A DNA stretch of 39,616 nucleotides, taken from the NCBI GenBank assembly GCA_031416315.1, contig JANOTL010000026.1:1-39616 (forward strand), given 5' to 3'. Below, in pieces: positions 15,822 through 25,313 of this stretch. Source of the DNA: Pseudomonadota bacterium (GTDB lineage: Bacteria > Bdellovibrionota_B > Oligoflexia > Oligoflexales > CAIYRB01). Made by a program: the position numbers and the translations under genes. Below the pieces are notes generated by a model. The model worked only from the letters and a program-made list of their open reading frames with translations. It searched no databases and was not told where the DNA came from. How positions within the stretch are numbered: position 1 is the first letter of the stretch; each line of letters begins with the position of its first letter.

Positions 15822-18800
15822 TCAGCGCTCGATTTCGAGCGCCAGGCCTTCACTGAATGCGGCATACTCTGGCGCATAAAGGGGCTGCAGCGTCGCCGCA
15901 CCGGCTTGAAATTCGCCGCTCGTGGCCGCGCGGAGCATATGCTTCAAGACGTGCGTCCCCTTCGGCAGCGCGTCGATGAAGAAATTCAGGCCGCTGTCGC
16001 GGACTTCCTCGTAGCGACCCAGGCCTTGGCTCCAGTTGTAACCGGTGGTGGTGGAAGCGGGCTCGAAGCCGGCCGGGCGAGGATCGCGAACGTGGACGAA
16101 CTCGGCGGCCTCTCGCGCGGTGATCGTGAGCTCGACCTCGACTTCGTCGCCGAGCGGGACCGTATCGCCGTCGTCGAGCGTTGCGAACGCCGCGGCGCGG
16201 CCGAGGAAGCCTTCGCGTTTGTGCAGGAAGCGGCGCTCGATCTTGAACAACGCGCCGGTTCCAGCGCGGGTCGGCTTCGCCGTCCGGTAGATCCAGGTGG
16301 CCGTGCCGAACGCCGGACCGTTGCCGCTTGCCGCGAAAGAGACTGTGCGCAATGCCTTGTTCTTAACGTTGTTTCCTGTGAAGACCAGCTCTCGCTTGCT
16401 CGACGTGCTTCTGCCTCCGATGGTGATCGTCACGACGGGGAGGTCCAAGGTCGCGCGCTTGCCGTAGTGCCGGAGGAGGGCGAACGTCGCCTCGGCTGTG
16501 GCGCGGGTCGACTTCCAGTGCGCGAGCTTGCGGTTCACGAGGAGCCAACGCGCGAGGCCCTCGGCGCGTGGATCTAAAGGGGCGAGCGCTTGGATGGCGA
16601 GGAGCGCCGACGCGTGGAGTTCGACAGGATCTTCAGCCCAGAGCCAAGGCTGCGCGCCCACGGGGAAGGAGGCGGTCCCCGTCGCCGCGTCTTCCTGGAG
16701 GGCATCCAGAGCGGCGCGGAAGACGGCGCTCGCGTCGGTCTTCCGCGCCGCCTTCGCTAGAGCTTGCGCGAGGAGGAGCTGGGGTCTTCGGCTCATTTTT
16801 TTCCAGACGCCGAACGCCGCATCGAGCGCGGCGCCGCGCGCCTTCGCGTCGAGGGAGTCCGAGGCGACGAGCGCGTACGCGACGAAGGCGAGCTCGTCGG
16901 GCGCGAGCTTCATCTTTCGCTGCCCGTCGATATACCGCGCTGTTCGGGAGGCGATCTTGGCCAGCTCGGGGTCGGCTTTGAGGTGCGCTTCTTCGCCGAC
17001 TGTCACCGTCGCCGCGAGCGACGACAAGACCAGCGCGCTCATATAGACCGAGGTTTTGCCGCCGGAAAACCACGGAAATCCGCCATCATCGTCCTGCAGA
17101 GCGGCCAGGCGCTGCAAAGCGCGCGTTTCGATTTTCGCGGCGACGCCGGGGCGCAAGAGATTCAGGCTCACCGCCTCCGCGTCCTTTGCCGAGGCAACCG
17201 GCGACGCAAGCCAAGGCGTCTCCTCGGTGGCGACGCGGCGGAGCGAATCGACCGGCAAGCCACCCGGCGCGGTTTTGGCGCTGGCTGCGAGCCGCGGCGC
17301 CGCGACGGCGACATAGCGAGCGACTCGCGCCGCGAACAAGCGGCTCGCCGACTGTTCCGCGCACTCGAAGGGATACTCGATCACATACGGCAGGGCATCG
17401 AGCAAGGTCTTCAGCGGATCGGCGTCGACGCGGACGACGACGCGCTCTAGGCTCATGTCGGCAGCATCGGGGACCGAGACGGACTCCGAGCGGTTCTGGA
17501 CACCCTTCTCCGCTTTGAGAAAAGCCGCGCGGGACTCGGCGACGATCTGCCGCGCGCTCAGAATCGGCAGTCGTCGTTTCTCGCCGTCCGCCAGCTTTCC
17601 CGCGCTTACTTTGGCCTCAACGACCATTTCGCGCGGCCCCAGAGGCGCTTTCACGCGGAGGGCCAGGGCGACGGACCCCGCGGCGCCGATGCGGAGCTTC
17701 TCCGTCTTCTTTGCCAGCTCGGCGCCGGCTTCGTCGCGGACGACGATCTCGATGACGGCGTCCGCGACCTCCGCACGCGCGTTCTCGACGAGCACCGTGA
17801 GCTCGGCCTCGTCGCCGTCGCGGACGAAGCGCGGCACAACGAGGCGCGCGGCGAGGTCTTTGGCGGTGCGTATCTGTCGCAAAAGCGCGCCGGCGCGCAG
17901 ATCCTTGGTCACAGCGTGGATCCAGAGGTTCCAAGCCGAGAGGGTTTCTGGTGCGGTGAAAGCGATGGTCGCGACGCCCGCTGCGTCCGTCGCGACCTGC
18001 GGCGCGAAGAACGCCGACTCGCGAAAGTCTTGCCGCGCGGGGGGAGCCGAGCCGGGCGGGCTTTGCGGGCCGGCGAGCTTCAGATCCATCGCCGGTTTCG
18101 CAGGACTCGGTCCGCCGCCGCCGAAGCTTAGGCCGCCGCTGCCGCTGCCGAAGCTGCCGACGGCATCGCCTAGGGCGCCGAGGCCGAGCGCTCCAGACGG
18201 AGTCTCTGTTGCCGTCATGCCGCCGGACACGACCGGCTCTCCGAGCCGTAAGGTGAGACCTAGTCCGAGAGACTTGAGGTTGACGCCCGCTGGAAAATTG
18301 GCCTTTTCCGCGATGAACGCCCATTTCATCTGGTCGCCGTGCAGGTCGGGCCAGGTCTCCTTCAGCCGCAAATTTATGGAGTCAAAATGAGTCGTCCCTT
18401 CGACGTGCTCGGAAGAGTTGATCGTAGACGGCGCGTTCATGGTCAACGGATAGAGGCTTAGAGGTGTAGGTGGCGCATGCTTTGCGATGCGATCAAGGCT
18501 CTTGTCATACATGTAGGCGAGGAGCTCTGCGGCGACTTTCTGGCGATCTCGGCCGCGTACGTTCACCTTCAATATTTCCTGGGCGCCGGGCTCGGTGTGG
18601 TCGCGAAACCGCTCGAGACTTATGTCTAGGATCCGGTCGACCCAAGGCACCGCGAGATCTTGGCTCGCGACGTAGACCTGGTGGTCGCGCACGACGGTAA
18701 GCTGAAGCACCAGGCCGCCGCGATCCTCCGACCGGATCGGCAGACGCAGGATGCCGTGAGCGCCAGGCTCCAGCGCGCGCCGCCAGACGCGCGCGCCGCT

Positions 18801-21722
18801 CCGATAGGCGTCGAGGAACAGCGGGCCTCCGAACCCAGAGTGCGCGAGAATCGTGGCCGTGTCGCCGCTCGCATGCTTGGGCTTAGCAATCGCGAGGAAG
18901 ACCGGTACCGCGAGCGGCAGCGGCGCGTCGCCGGCGGCGACGAAATTGAGTCTGGATTTGGCTTCCTTGTCGGTGGGATCGGTCGTGCGCAAAGTCACGC
19001 GATAGGCGCCTGGCGTGAGACCTGGGACCGAGATGGTGGCGCTGCCCGCTTGGTCGTGCAGCGCCTCGCCGCGCGCGACCTCGTCGCCCAAAGACCACTC
19101 CGCCAGCTCGCGCTGGGCGCTATAGGCGACTTCCGGAAGGATCAGTTCGAGGCGGCCGCTATTAGTCCTTTGTCGCGGCTTGCTCATTGTCTTAGGGCTT
19201 AGTCCACGCGACGAGCTGGGCGCCTGCGGCTGTGCCAGGCGATGGACGGTCCAGGTCGCCGCGCCGGCACGCGGGGCTCCGTCGAGGTCACCGCGCCAGG
19301 CCGCGAGCTCGATCGGCCTGCCCGCCGCCGCGAACCCGTCTGCGAAGGCGAGGCGTGTCATCAAGCTTGCGGCGGCGGCGCGCAGAGAATTCGAGATGGC
19401 GTGCGTCTCGCCGCCTCGATCGAGCGCCTCCAGCTCCAATCCGAACTCCCAAACGGCATCTGCGAGGCGTGGATCTTTCTCTGCACCGACGGGAGCTTTA
19501 GGTGTGAACTCGAAGCTGAAGCGACCAGTGGCATCGGTGACGGCGACGCCGGTTCCGAGATCCGCGCTCGCATGGACTTCACCATCGTCCGCGGCGGCAG
19601 GGGCAACGCGACCTTTTAATGCGACGGTCCATCGGACACGGGCGCCAGCTGCCGGCGCGCCGAAGAGGTAGCGCACCTCGCCTTCGACGAGCGCCGGTAC
19701 GCCGAGTCGTGCCGGCTCTCGCAACGGTAGGACTTTGGCCTCGAACGTCGGTCGCTTGTATTCTTCGACTTGCACGCCGGCGTTGCTGCCGTCGTCGCCT
19801 TCGATCTGGAGCGCCCAGCGGCCGAGCAGACGTCCTTCCGGCAGGACGAAGCTGCCAGCCACGCTGCCAAAGGCGTTGGCCTTCAAGGTTTTTTTCGTCA
19901 CCAGCTGGTACCGGGCGTCCAGAAGCTTGACCGTGAGCTTGCGCCCGGAGTCGGCGGCGAAGTCGCCGGCCTTTCTGCCGTGTCGATACGCCAGTGCCTT
20001 GAAATGCAGGGTCTGCCCGGGTCGGTAGACGGGACGATCGACGTAAATTAAAGCCCCTTGCTCGGAAGCTTCCGTCAATTCGAAGACGTTCATGAAAAAG
20101 ATGTCGTCGTCGACGACGACGCGCTCCTTACCGCTGCGGATCACGATGGCGCTTTGAGACGTTTCGCTCTTGCGCTTTCGCAAGACCCGGGCCCCGCCGG
20201 TCGCGTCGGTAGCGGCGCTGCCAAGGATCCGGCTCAAGCGTCCGTTGGCGGTCTTTGACCGGATTTCCACCGCGGCGCCCCGGATTGGTACGCCGGACTT
20301 CCCTTCGTAAACGTTCACCGCGGCGGCGTCGGGTTCCAGTCCGACGCTGTAGGCAAAGCTGGCGATGTCGAGGGTGACCGTTCGCAAGAGATTGCCAACC
20401 TTGGCAAAGCTGGGCCGTAGACTGGCTACGACGGTGTAGGTTCCGCGTTTTGTGAAGGGGGTCACGACTTCGACTTCATGCGCTTCGAAGTCGCCGACAG
20501 TCTCTATTGGCTGCGACCAAGCGAAGGCCGGTTTACCCTTCACGACCGTACCGGCGTAAGCACGAAAGTGGATCTCCGGCGCGTTGGCGACCGTGACCGT
20601 GATCGAGGCGCGGCGCGGGCCGTCGACCCGGACCGCCCGCATGTTCAGTACGGGGAGTTCGTGCTCCGCGATCAGTGCCCGAGCCGCGCGTCCGCCGATG
20701 GACCCAGGGTGCTTCGCTGCGGCGGCCGTCGCCAGCGCTCGTGCCGCGACGCGGTCTTCGCGATGCTCGAAAAGGCGCGCTGCCAGACGCGCCGTCCCGA
20801 AGGCCCACCAAGCCTCTTCTTCCTGGCCGGCGAGCGCGGCCTCCCATGCCGAGATCAGCGCGTCGCGCGCATCCGCGCGGCGCAGCCCGTCAAAAAGAGC
20901 GTCGAGTCGGTCGATCCGCGCAGCTAGGGCGGCGCCATTACGCCCCTGCGCCTTGTGCCAAGCCTCGAGGTCGGCATAGAGCGCGGCGATGCGATCCAAA
21001 GGATGAGTGACGAAATCGTCCGGGGCGTAAGCCTTGGGATTGGTTTCGAGCAGCTCTGCGACCGCGCGGCCGGCAGCCTCGCTCTCGCGCATTACGCCCC
21101 AGTGCGTCGTGTTGCCCAGGTGGGTGGCCGCCGCGCGTGTCAGCGCATCTCGGACGGTCGCGCGCACACCTTCTGGAAAGTCGTTGGGATCGACGAGGTC
21201 AGCATAGTCGGAAACTTTCGCATCCCCAAGAGCGTCGCGCGCTTTCCAGGCCGCACCGAGCGTGAGCTCTGCAGCGCGGCCGTACTCGGCTCGACTCCAG
21301 CTGTCGATGGCGCGTGTCGGCCCTGCGGCGGTGGGTTCGCCCGCCTCGCGAGTCCAGGCACGTTCTAGGGCTTGGCGCGTCGCCTCGGCATAGACCACGG
21401 CAAGGATGGCAGCCAGGGTCGGATCTTTTGGCGGGGGCTGGGAGCGCAGGGCTTCGAGTCCGCGGTCGTGCTGGTCGTAGATCGCAGCGTTCAGCGCGGC
21501 GATCTGGGCCAGTGCGCGGGCCGTCATGCGCTCGTCTTTCGCCTTGCGCGCCGCCGCGAGGAGCGGCTTGAGGCGCTTCAAGGCCGCGTTGGGCTCCGAG
21601 GCCCTCACAAGCGCCGCAACGGTTAGCCATTCGTCTTCGGGACTCGCACCGAGGGTGGGCGGGCCGAAAGACAGCAGGAAGACGAGAGCGGCGGGAACGG
21701 CGCTACGTAGGCGGGATTGCAT
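15822..21722 (-). CDS. Bacterial alpha-2-macroglobulin with thioester motif
   Basis: Signal peptide, DRPVYRPGQ, VEEYKRPTFE, RQDFRESAFF, PETLSAW, PRFVRDGD, YPFECAEQ (thioester CxEQ at 17352-17363), LQDDDGGFPWF, WKSTRATA, DPRPAGFEP, LYAPE. Confidence 0.95.
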   Translation of the reverse strand: MQSRLRSAVPAALVFLLSFGPPTLGASPEDEWLTVAALVRASEPNAALKRLKPLLAAARKAKDERMTARALAQIAALNAAIYDQHDRGLEALRSQPPPKDPTLAAILAVVYAEATRQALERAWTREAGEPTAAGPTRAIDSWSRAEYGRAAELTLGAAWKARDALGDAKVSDYADLVDPNDFPEGVRATVRDALTRAAATHLGNTTHWGVMRESEAAGRAVAELLETNPKAYAPDDFVTHPLDRIAALYADLEAWHKAQGRNGAALAARIDRLDALFDGLRRADARDALISAWEAALAGQEEEAWWAFGTARLAARLFEHREDRVAARALATAAAAKHPGSIGGRAARALIAEHELPVLNMRAVRVDGPRRASITVTVANAPEIHFRAYAGTVVKGKPAFAWSQPIETVGDFEAHEVEVVTPFTKRGTYTVVASLRPSFAKVGNLLRTVTLDIASFAYSVGLEPDAAAVNVYEGKSGVPIRGAAVEIRSKTANGRLSRILGSAATDATGGARVLRKRKSETSQSAIVIRSGKERVVVDDDIFFMNVFELTEASEQGALIYVDRPVYRPGQTLHFKALAYRHGRKAGDFAADSGRKLTVKLLDARYQLVTKKTLKANAFGSVAGSFVLPEGRLLGRWALQIEGDDGSNAGVQVEEYKRPTFEAKVLPLREPARLGVPALVEGEVRYLFGAPAAGARVRWTVALKGRVAPAAADDGEVHASADLGTGVAVTDATGRFSFEFTPKAPVGAEKDPRLADAVWEFGLELEALDRGGETHAISNSLRAAAASLMTRLAFADGFAAAGRPIELAAWRGDLDGAPRAGAATWTVHRLAQPQAPSSSRGLSPKTMSKPRQRTNSGRLELILPEVAYSAQRELAEWSLGDEVARGEALHDQAGSATISVPGLTPGAYRVTLRTTDPTDKEAKSRLNFVAAGDAPLPLAVPVFLAIAKPKHASGDTATILAHSGFGGPLFLDAYRSGARVWRRALEPGAHGILRLPIRSEDRGGLVLQLTVVRDHQVYVASQDLAVPWVDRILDISLERFRDHTEPGAQEILKVNVRGRDRQKVAAELLAYMYDKSLDRIAKHAPPTPLSLYPLTMNAPSTINSSEHVEGTTHFDSINLRLKETWPDLHGDQMKWAFIAEKANFPAGVNLKSLGLGLTLRLGEPVVSGGMTATETPSGALGLGALGDAVGSFGSGSGGLSFGGGGPSPAKPAMDLKLAGPQSPPGSAPPARQDFRESAFFAPQVATDAAGVATIAFTAPETLSAWNLWIHAVTKDLRAGALLRQIRTAKDLAARLVVPRFVRDGDEAELTVLVENARAEVADAVIEIVVRDEAGAELAKKTEKLRIGAAGSVALALRVKAPLGPREMVVEAKVSAGKLADGEKRRLPILSARQIVAESRAAFLKAEKGVQNRSESVSVPDAADMSLERVVVRVDADPLKTLLDALPYVIEYPFECAEQSASRLFAARVARYVAVAAPRLAASAKTAPGGLPVDSLRRVATEETPWLASPVASAKDAEAVSLNLLRPGVAAKIETRALQRLAALQDDDGGFPWFSGGKTSVYMSALVLSSLAATVTVGEEAHLKADPELAKIASRTARYIDGQRKMKLAPDELAFVAYALVASDSLDAKARGAALDAAFGVWKKMSRRPQLLLAQALAKAARKTDASAVFRAALDALQEDAATGTASFPVGAQPWLWAEDPVELHASALLAIQALAPLDPRAEGLARWLLVNRKLAHWKSTRATAEATFALLRHYGKRATLDLPVVTITIGGRSTSSKRELVFTGNNVKNKALRTVSFAASGNGPAFGTATWIYRTAKPTRAGTGALFKIERRFLHKREGFLGRAAAFATLDDGDTVPLGDEVEVELTITAREAAEFVHVRDPRPAGFEPASTTTGYNWSQGLGRYEEVRDSGLNFFIDALPKGTHVLKHMLRAATSGEFQAGAATLQPLYAPEYAAFSEGLALEIER

Positions 21723-21766
21723 GGGAGCTCGCGCATTCGTGGTAGAATCGATTGCCGAATTCTACT

Positions 21767-21948
21767 TCAACTGCGTCGATTCGAGCAGACCAGTCCGCCC
21801 TCCACCCTCAGGTCCAGTCCGTTGAGGTCGAGGCGCCAGCGGGTATTGGTCACCGTCACGGTGCCTACGTCGTCGACGCCGATGTTGGTGACGCTTCCGG
21901 CGCCGAACGTCAACGAGGACGTCCCGACGTTCTCGTGGATCGCGAACC
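21767..21948 (-). pseudogene. Possible orphan C-terminal gene fragment
   Basis: About 45 codons with near-total GC3 encoding a beta-strand-like NVGTSSLTFGAGSVTNIGVDDVGTVTVTNTRWRLDL, without a convincing start. Confidence 0.35.
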
Positions 21949-23736
21949 TTAACCCCAAAAGAAGAGCGACAGGTAGCAAGTGATCGCTGAAAGAATCACC
22001 GTGAGCGGCAACCCGATTTTCAAGAAGTCAGAGAAGTGGTAGCCGCCCGGCGTCAAAATCAAGAGATTGCCGTGATGACCGATCGGCGTCAGGAATGACG
22101 CGACGGCGCCGACCGTGACGGCGACCACGGCCGCGGTCGGAGAGATGGACGCGCCCTTGGCAAAGGCCACCGCAATCGGCGCAAGCAGCACCGTCGTCGC
22201 CGCGTCGGAGAGAACCTGCGTCACCAGCGCCGCGACCCAAAAGAAGACTAGGAGCATGGCGATGGGCGCCCAGCCGGTCGTGTGATCGAGGATGAGCTGG
22301 GCCAGGAGCTTATCGACGCCCGACTTCTCCATGGCGATGCCGAGGGGGATGACACCCGCGATCATGACGTAGATCTTCGTCTCGACGGCTTCGTAGGCTT
22401 CGTCCATCGACACGCAGCGGCTCAAGACCATGGCCATGGCGCCGGCCACGAAGGCTTGGTACGCCGGCAGCCAACCCGCGGCGGCGGCGGTGATCGACGC
22501 CAACATGATGGCGATGGCGATCTTCATCTTGAAGCGCTTCTTGGGACGCCCGATGAAAGGCATGAACATCAAAAAGCCGCGATGGGACGCGAGCGTCTCC
22601 AAGCGGTCTGTCGGCCCCCTGAGGACGACGAGGTCGCCGGACTGGAGCGGCACTTCCGCGATGCTGTCCGTCATCCATCCCGTTTTCCGCCACAGGCCGA
22701 GCGCGATGGCCCCAAAACGGTGATAGAAGCGGAGCTGCGCGATCGTCTTACCGACGAACTCCGACCGCGGGGCGACGATACCCTTCAAAATCTGCTGCTC
22801 GTCGTCGGCCGAGGCCAAAGAGCCGGCGGCGTCGCCCCCGTACTTTTTGGTCGCCGCTAGCGTCAGGCCGCGCGCTTCCTCGAAGGATAGCAGCTCGTCG
22901 GCGTTCGTCTTGATCAAAAGGACGTCGCCTTCCTGCAAGAGCGCGTCGTCGCGGTGGATCGACTGCGCCAAGCGGTTGCGGATCCAGCTGACCAGCTCGA
23001 AGCGCTTTTCGGTCTCGAGACGTAGGGCTTTGAGCGTGGCGCCGATCCACCGGCTCCCCTCGGGAACGACGACCTCGGTCGAGATGTCGCTGAGCCGGTA
23101 GCGGTCCTCCGACGAGTCGACGCCGGAGCGCTTCGGCAGGAGCCACTTCGCCACGAGCAGGAAGCCGAGACCGGCGAGGACCAAGGGTCCGCCGATGAGG
23201 CCGGGGGAGAAAATGCCGAGCGCCGGCTCTCCGGCACGCACGAGGACGTTGTTCGCCAAAAGAAAGGCCGGCGCCCCGATGAGGGTGAGCGTCGTGCCGA
23301 GCGACGCCGAGGTCGCCATCGGGATCAGGAGGCGGGAGGCGAAGAGCTTCCGGTCGCGGCAGAGCTTCATGACGATCGGCAACATCATGGCCGTGATCAT
23401 CAAATGATGCGTGAAAGCCGACATGGTCGCGACCGCGGCCATGATGACGAGCATCGCCCGCGCCTCCGACCCGGCCGAAAGCCGCCCGACGGCCTCCCCG
23501 ATCCAGTCCGTGACGCCGGACGTCGTCAACCCTGCCGACAGCACGAAGACCGCGACCACGATGATGGCGGGCTCGCTGGCGAGGCCGGAGAACGCGTCTT
23601 TTGCGTCGACGAGCCCGGTCATCGCCAACGCCAGGATGATCAATACCGCGATGACGTCGACGCGGAGCCACTCCGTGACGAAGAGCGTGACCGAGACGAC
23701 CATGATGGCAAGGAAGATGATTTGTTGGGTGTCCAT
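21949..23736 (-). CDS. SLC13/CitMHS-family permease with TrkA-C domains
   Basis: LFVTEWLRVD, LGTTLTLIG, two soluble TrkA-C-like segments, IPLGIAMEKSG, SDAATTVLLAPIA, FLTPIGH.GN.LI..PGGY.F.DF. Confidence 0.92.
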   Translation of the reverse strand: MDTQQIIFLAIMVVSVTLFVTEWLRVDVIAVLIILALAMTGLVDAKDAFSGLASEPAIIVVAVFVLSAGLTTSGVTDWIGEAVGRLSAGSEARAMLVIMAAVATMSAFTHHLMITAMMLPIVMKLCRDRKLFASRLLIPMATSASLGTTLTLIGAPAFLLANNVLVRAGEPALGIFSPGLIGGPLVLAGLGFLLVAKWLLPKRSGVDSSEDRYRLSDISTEVVVPEGSRWIGATLKALRLETEKRFELVSWIRNRLAQSIHRDDALLQEGDVLLIKTNADELLSFEEARGLTLAATKKYGGDAAGSLASADDEQQILKGIVAPRSEFVGKTIAQLRFYHRFGAIALGLWRKTGWMTDSIAEVPLQSGDLVVLRGPTDRLETLASHRGFLMFMPFIGRPKKRFKMKIAIAIMLASITAAAAGWLPAYQAFVAGAMAMVLSRCVSMDEAYEAVETKIYVMIAGVIPLGIAMEKSGVDKLLAQLILDHTTGWAPIAMLLVFFWVAALVTQVLSDAATTVLLAPIAVAFAKGASISPTAAVVAVTVGAVASFLTPIGHHGNLLILTPGGYHFSDFLKIGLPLTVILSAITCYLSLFFWG

Positions 23737-23828
23737 GGGTGAAGACGGTAAACTGCGATCGAGCCTAAAGCAATCGAACCGGTCGGCGGTGTGAGACAAT
23801 CGAGCCTCTCCTGTCACGAGGTCATGGC

Positions 23829-25262
23829 ATGAAGACACTACGCATCGGGCTCGGCTCGTTGACGCTGACGCTGGCGATCTTTCTCGGGAGCCTTGCTGGG
23901 CTATGGCCGGCGGAGCGCCGGCTCGCGGCGCAGATCTTGGCGTTCCCGGAGACGGCGGCTGGCGCGCCGGCCGCCGAGCGGATCGCGCGCATGCCGTCGG
24001 CCGCCTCGGATCAGGAAACGGAGCGGGTTCTCGCGAGCTTAATCAAGCAAACGGGCTGGTTCTCGGAGATCAAGGCCTCAGTCCACGATGGCGTCGTGAC
24101 CTTCGACGGCCGCGCTGAAAATCGCGATCAGCTCGATTGGCTGGCCAAGACCGTTGATCGTCTGCCCAACGTCGTCGCGGTCGTGAACAAGGCCGAGTCG
24201 GTCGTCGTCCCACTCGGGGACTTCAGCCCCGCGTGGAAAGAGACGAAGCGTTTGACCGAGAAGGCCACCGGCGCGCTCCCGACCCTGCTCATGACGCTCG
24301 CTTTGCTCGTGAGCTTCATCTTCGTCGGTCGCTACATGAAGCGTGGCGTGGGTTTCCTATGGAAGAAGCGCATCTCCAATCCGTTTCTGCTGTCGACGGT
24401 GTCCCGGCTGACGGTCCTGCCGATTTGGATCCTCTTCTTCTACTTGCTGCTGCAGACCGCGGGCCTGTCGAGCTTGGCGACGACCATCATCGGCGGCACC
24501 GGGCTTTTGGGGATCATCTTCGGCCTCGCGTTCAAAGGGATCGCCGAGAACTATCTGGCAGGTCTTCTCCTTGCGTCGCGCAGTCCGTTCGGCAAGGGCG
24601 ACCTGATCGAGATCGAGAGCTATCTGGGCTACGTCCAGAACTTGAACATGCGCGGAACGACCATCATCGACCTGAATGGCAACCTCATCCTGATCCCCAA
24701 CTCCACGGTGATCCAGTCCGTCGTCCAGAACCGGTCCGCCAACCCGCACACCCGGGCGTCGTTCACGATCGGCATCAGCTACCGGGACTCCATCAACAAG
24801 GCGCAAGAGCTGATCGTGAAGGCCATGGACGAAGTTCGGGGCGTGCTCAAGGATCCGGCGCCGAGCGTCTTGGTCGAAACCTTCAGCGCTTCCGCCGTGG
24901 TTTTGCGGGTCATGATCTGGTTCGACATCCACCAGACGAACCAGCCGCGGGTGACGTCGCGCGCCATGATTCACACGAAAGAGGTCTTGCTCGCCAACGG
25001 GATCAGCTTCCCCGACGGCGAGCGCGAAGTGGTCTTCGCCGAGCCGCTCGAGGTGCGGATGCTCGAAGCGAAAGGCGAAGGTCGATCGGTGTCGAAAGAG
25101 CGGACGGCGGAGAACATCGAGCGGGCCTCGGAAAACCTCGCGGAAAGCCGGAAGCATCAGCCGCCGACCGCGGACCCGCAGGGGGAGGACCTGCTGAAGC
25201 TCGCCGAGGTGAATCCTTTGCCGATGAACGTGACGAAGAAGGATTTGCTGGATCGGGAGTAG
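23829..25262 (+). CDS. BON-domain mechanosensitive channel (MscS family)
   Basis: N-terminal BON (DGVVTFDG...VVAVVN), TM helices, GLAFKGIAENYLAG, PFGKGDLIEI, G.V..LNMR.T, IPNS, GISY, ISFP. Confidence 0.92.
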   Translation: MKTLRIGLGSLTLTLAIFLGSLAGLWPAERRLAAQILAFPETAAGAPAAERIARMPSAASDQETERVLASLIKQTGWFSEIKASVHDGVVTFDGRAENRDQLDWLAKTVDRLPNVVAVVNKAESVVVPLGDFSPAWKETKRLTEKATGALPTLLMTLALLVSFIFVGRYMKRGVGFLWKKRISNPFLLSTVSRLTVLPIWILFFYLLLQTAGLSSLATTIIGGTGLLGIIFGLAFKGIAENYLAGLLLASRSPFGKGDLIEIESYLGYVQNLNMRGTTIIDLNGNLILIPNSTVIQSVVQNRSANPHTRASFTIGISYRDSINKAQELIVKAMDEVRGVLKDPAPSVLVETFSASAVVLRVMIWFDIHQTNQPRVTSRAMIHTKEVLLANGISFPDGEREVVFAEPLEVRMLEAKGEGRSVSKERTAENIERASENLAESRKHQPPTADPQGEDLLKLAEVNPLPMNVTKKDLLDRE

Positions 25263-25280
25263 GCGTGGGCATGTTGACGG

Positions 25281-25311
25281 ATGGCTTGGAGCGCATTTTT
25301 TTATCTAGAAG
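25281..25311. repeat. Partial second copy of the left end of the 3761-3905 palindromic element
   Basis: ATGGCTTGGAGCGCATTTTTTTATCTAGAAG versus ATAGCTCGGGGCGCATTTTTTATCGTTGAAG at 3761-3791. Both lie in convergent intergenic gaps. Confidence 0.5.
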
Positions 25312-25313
25312 GC

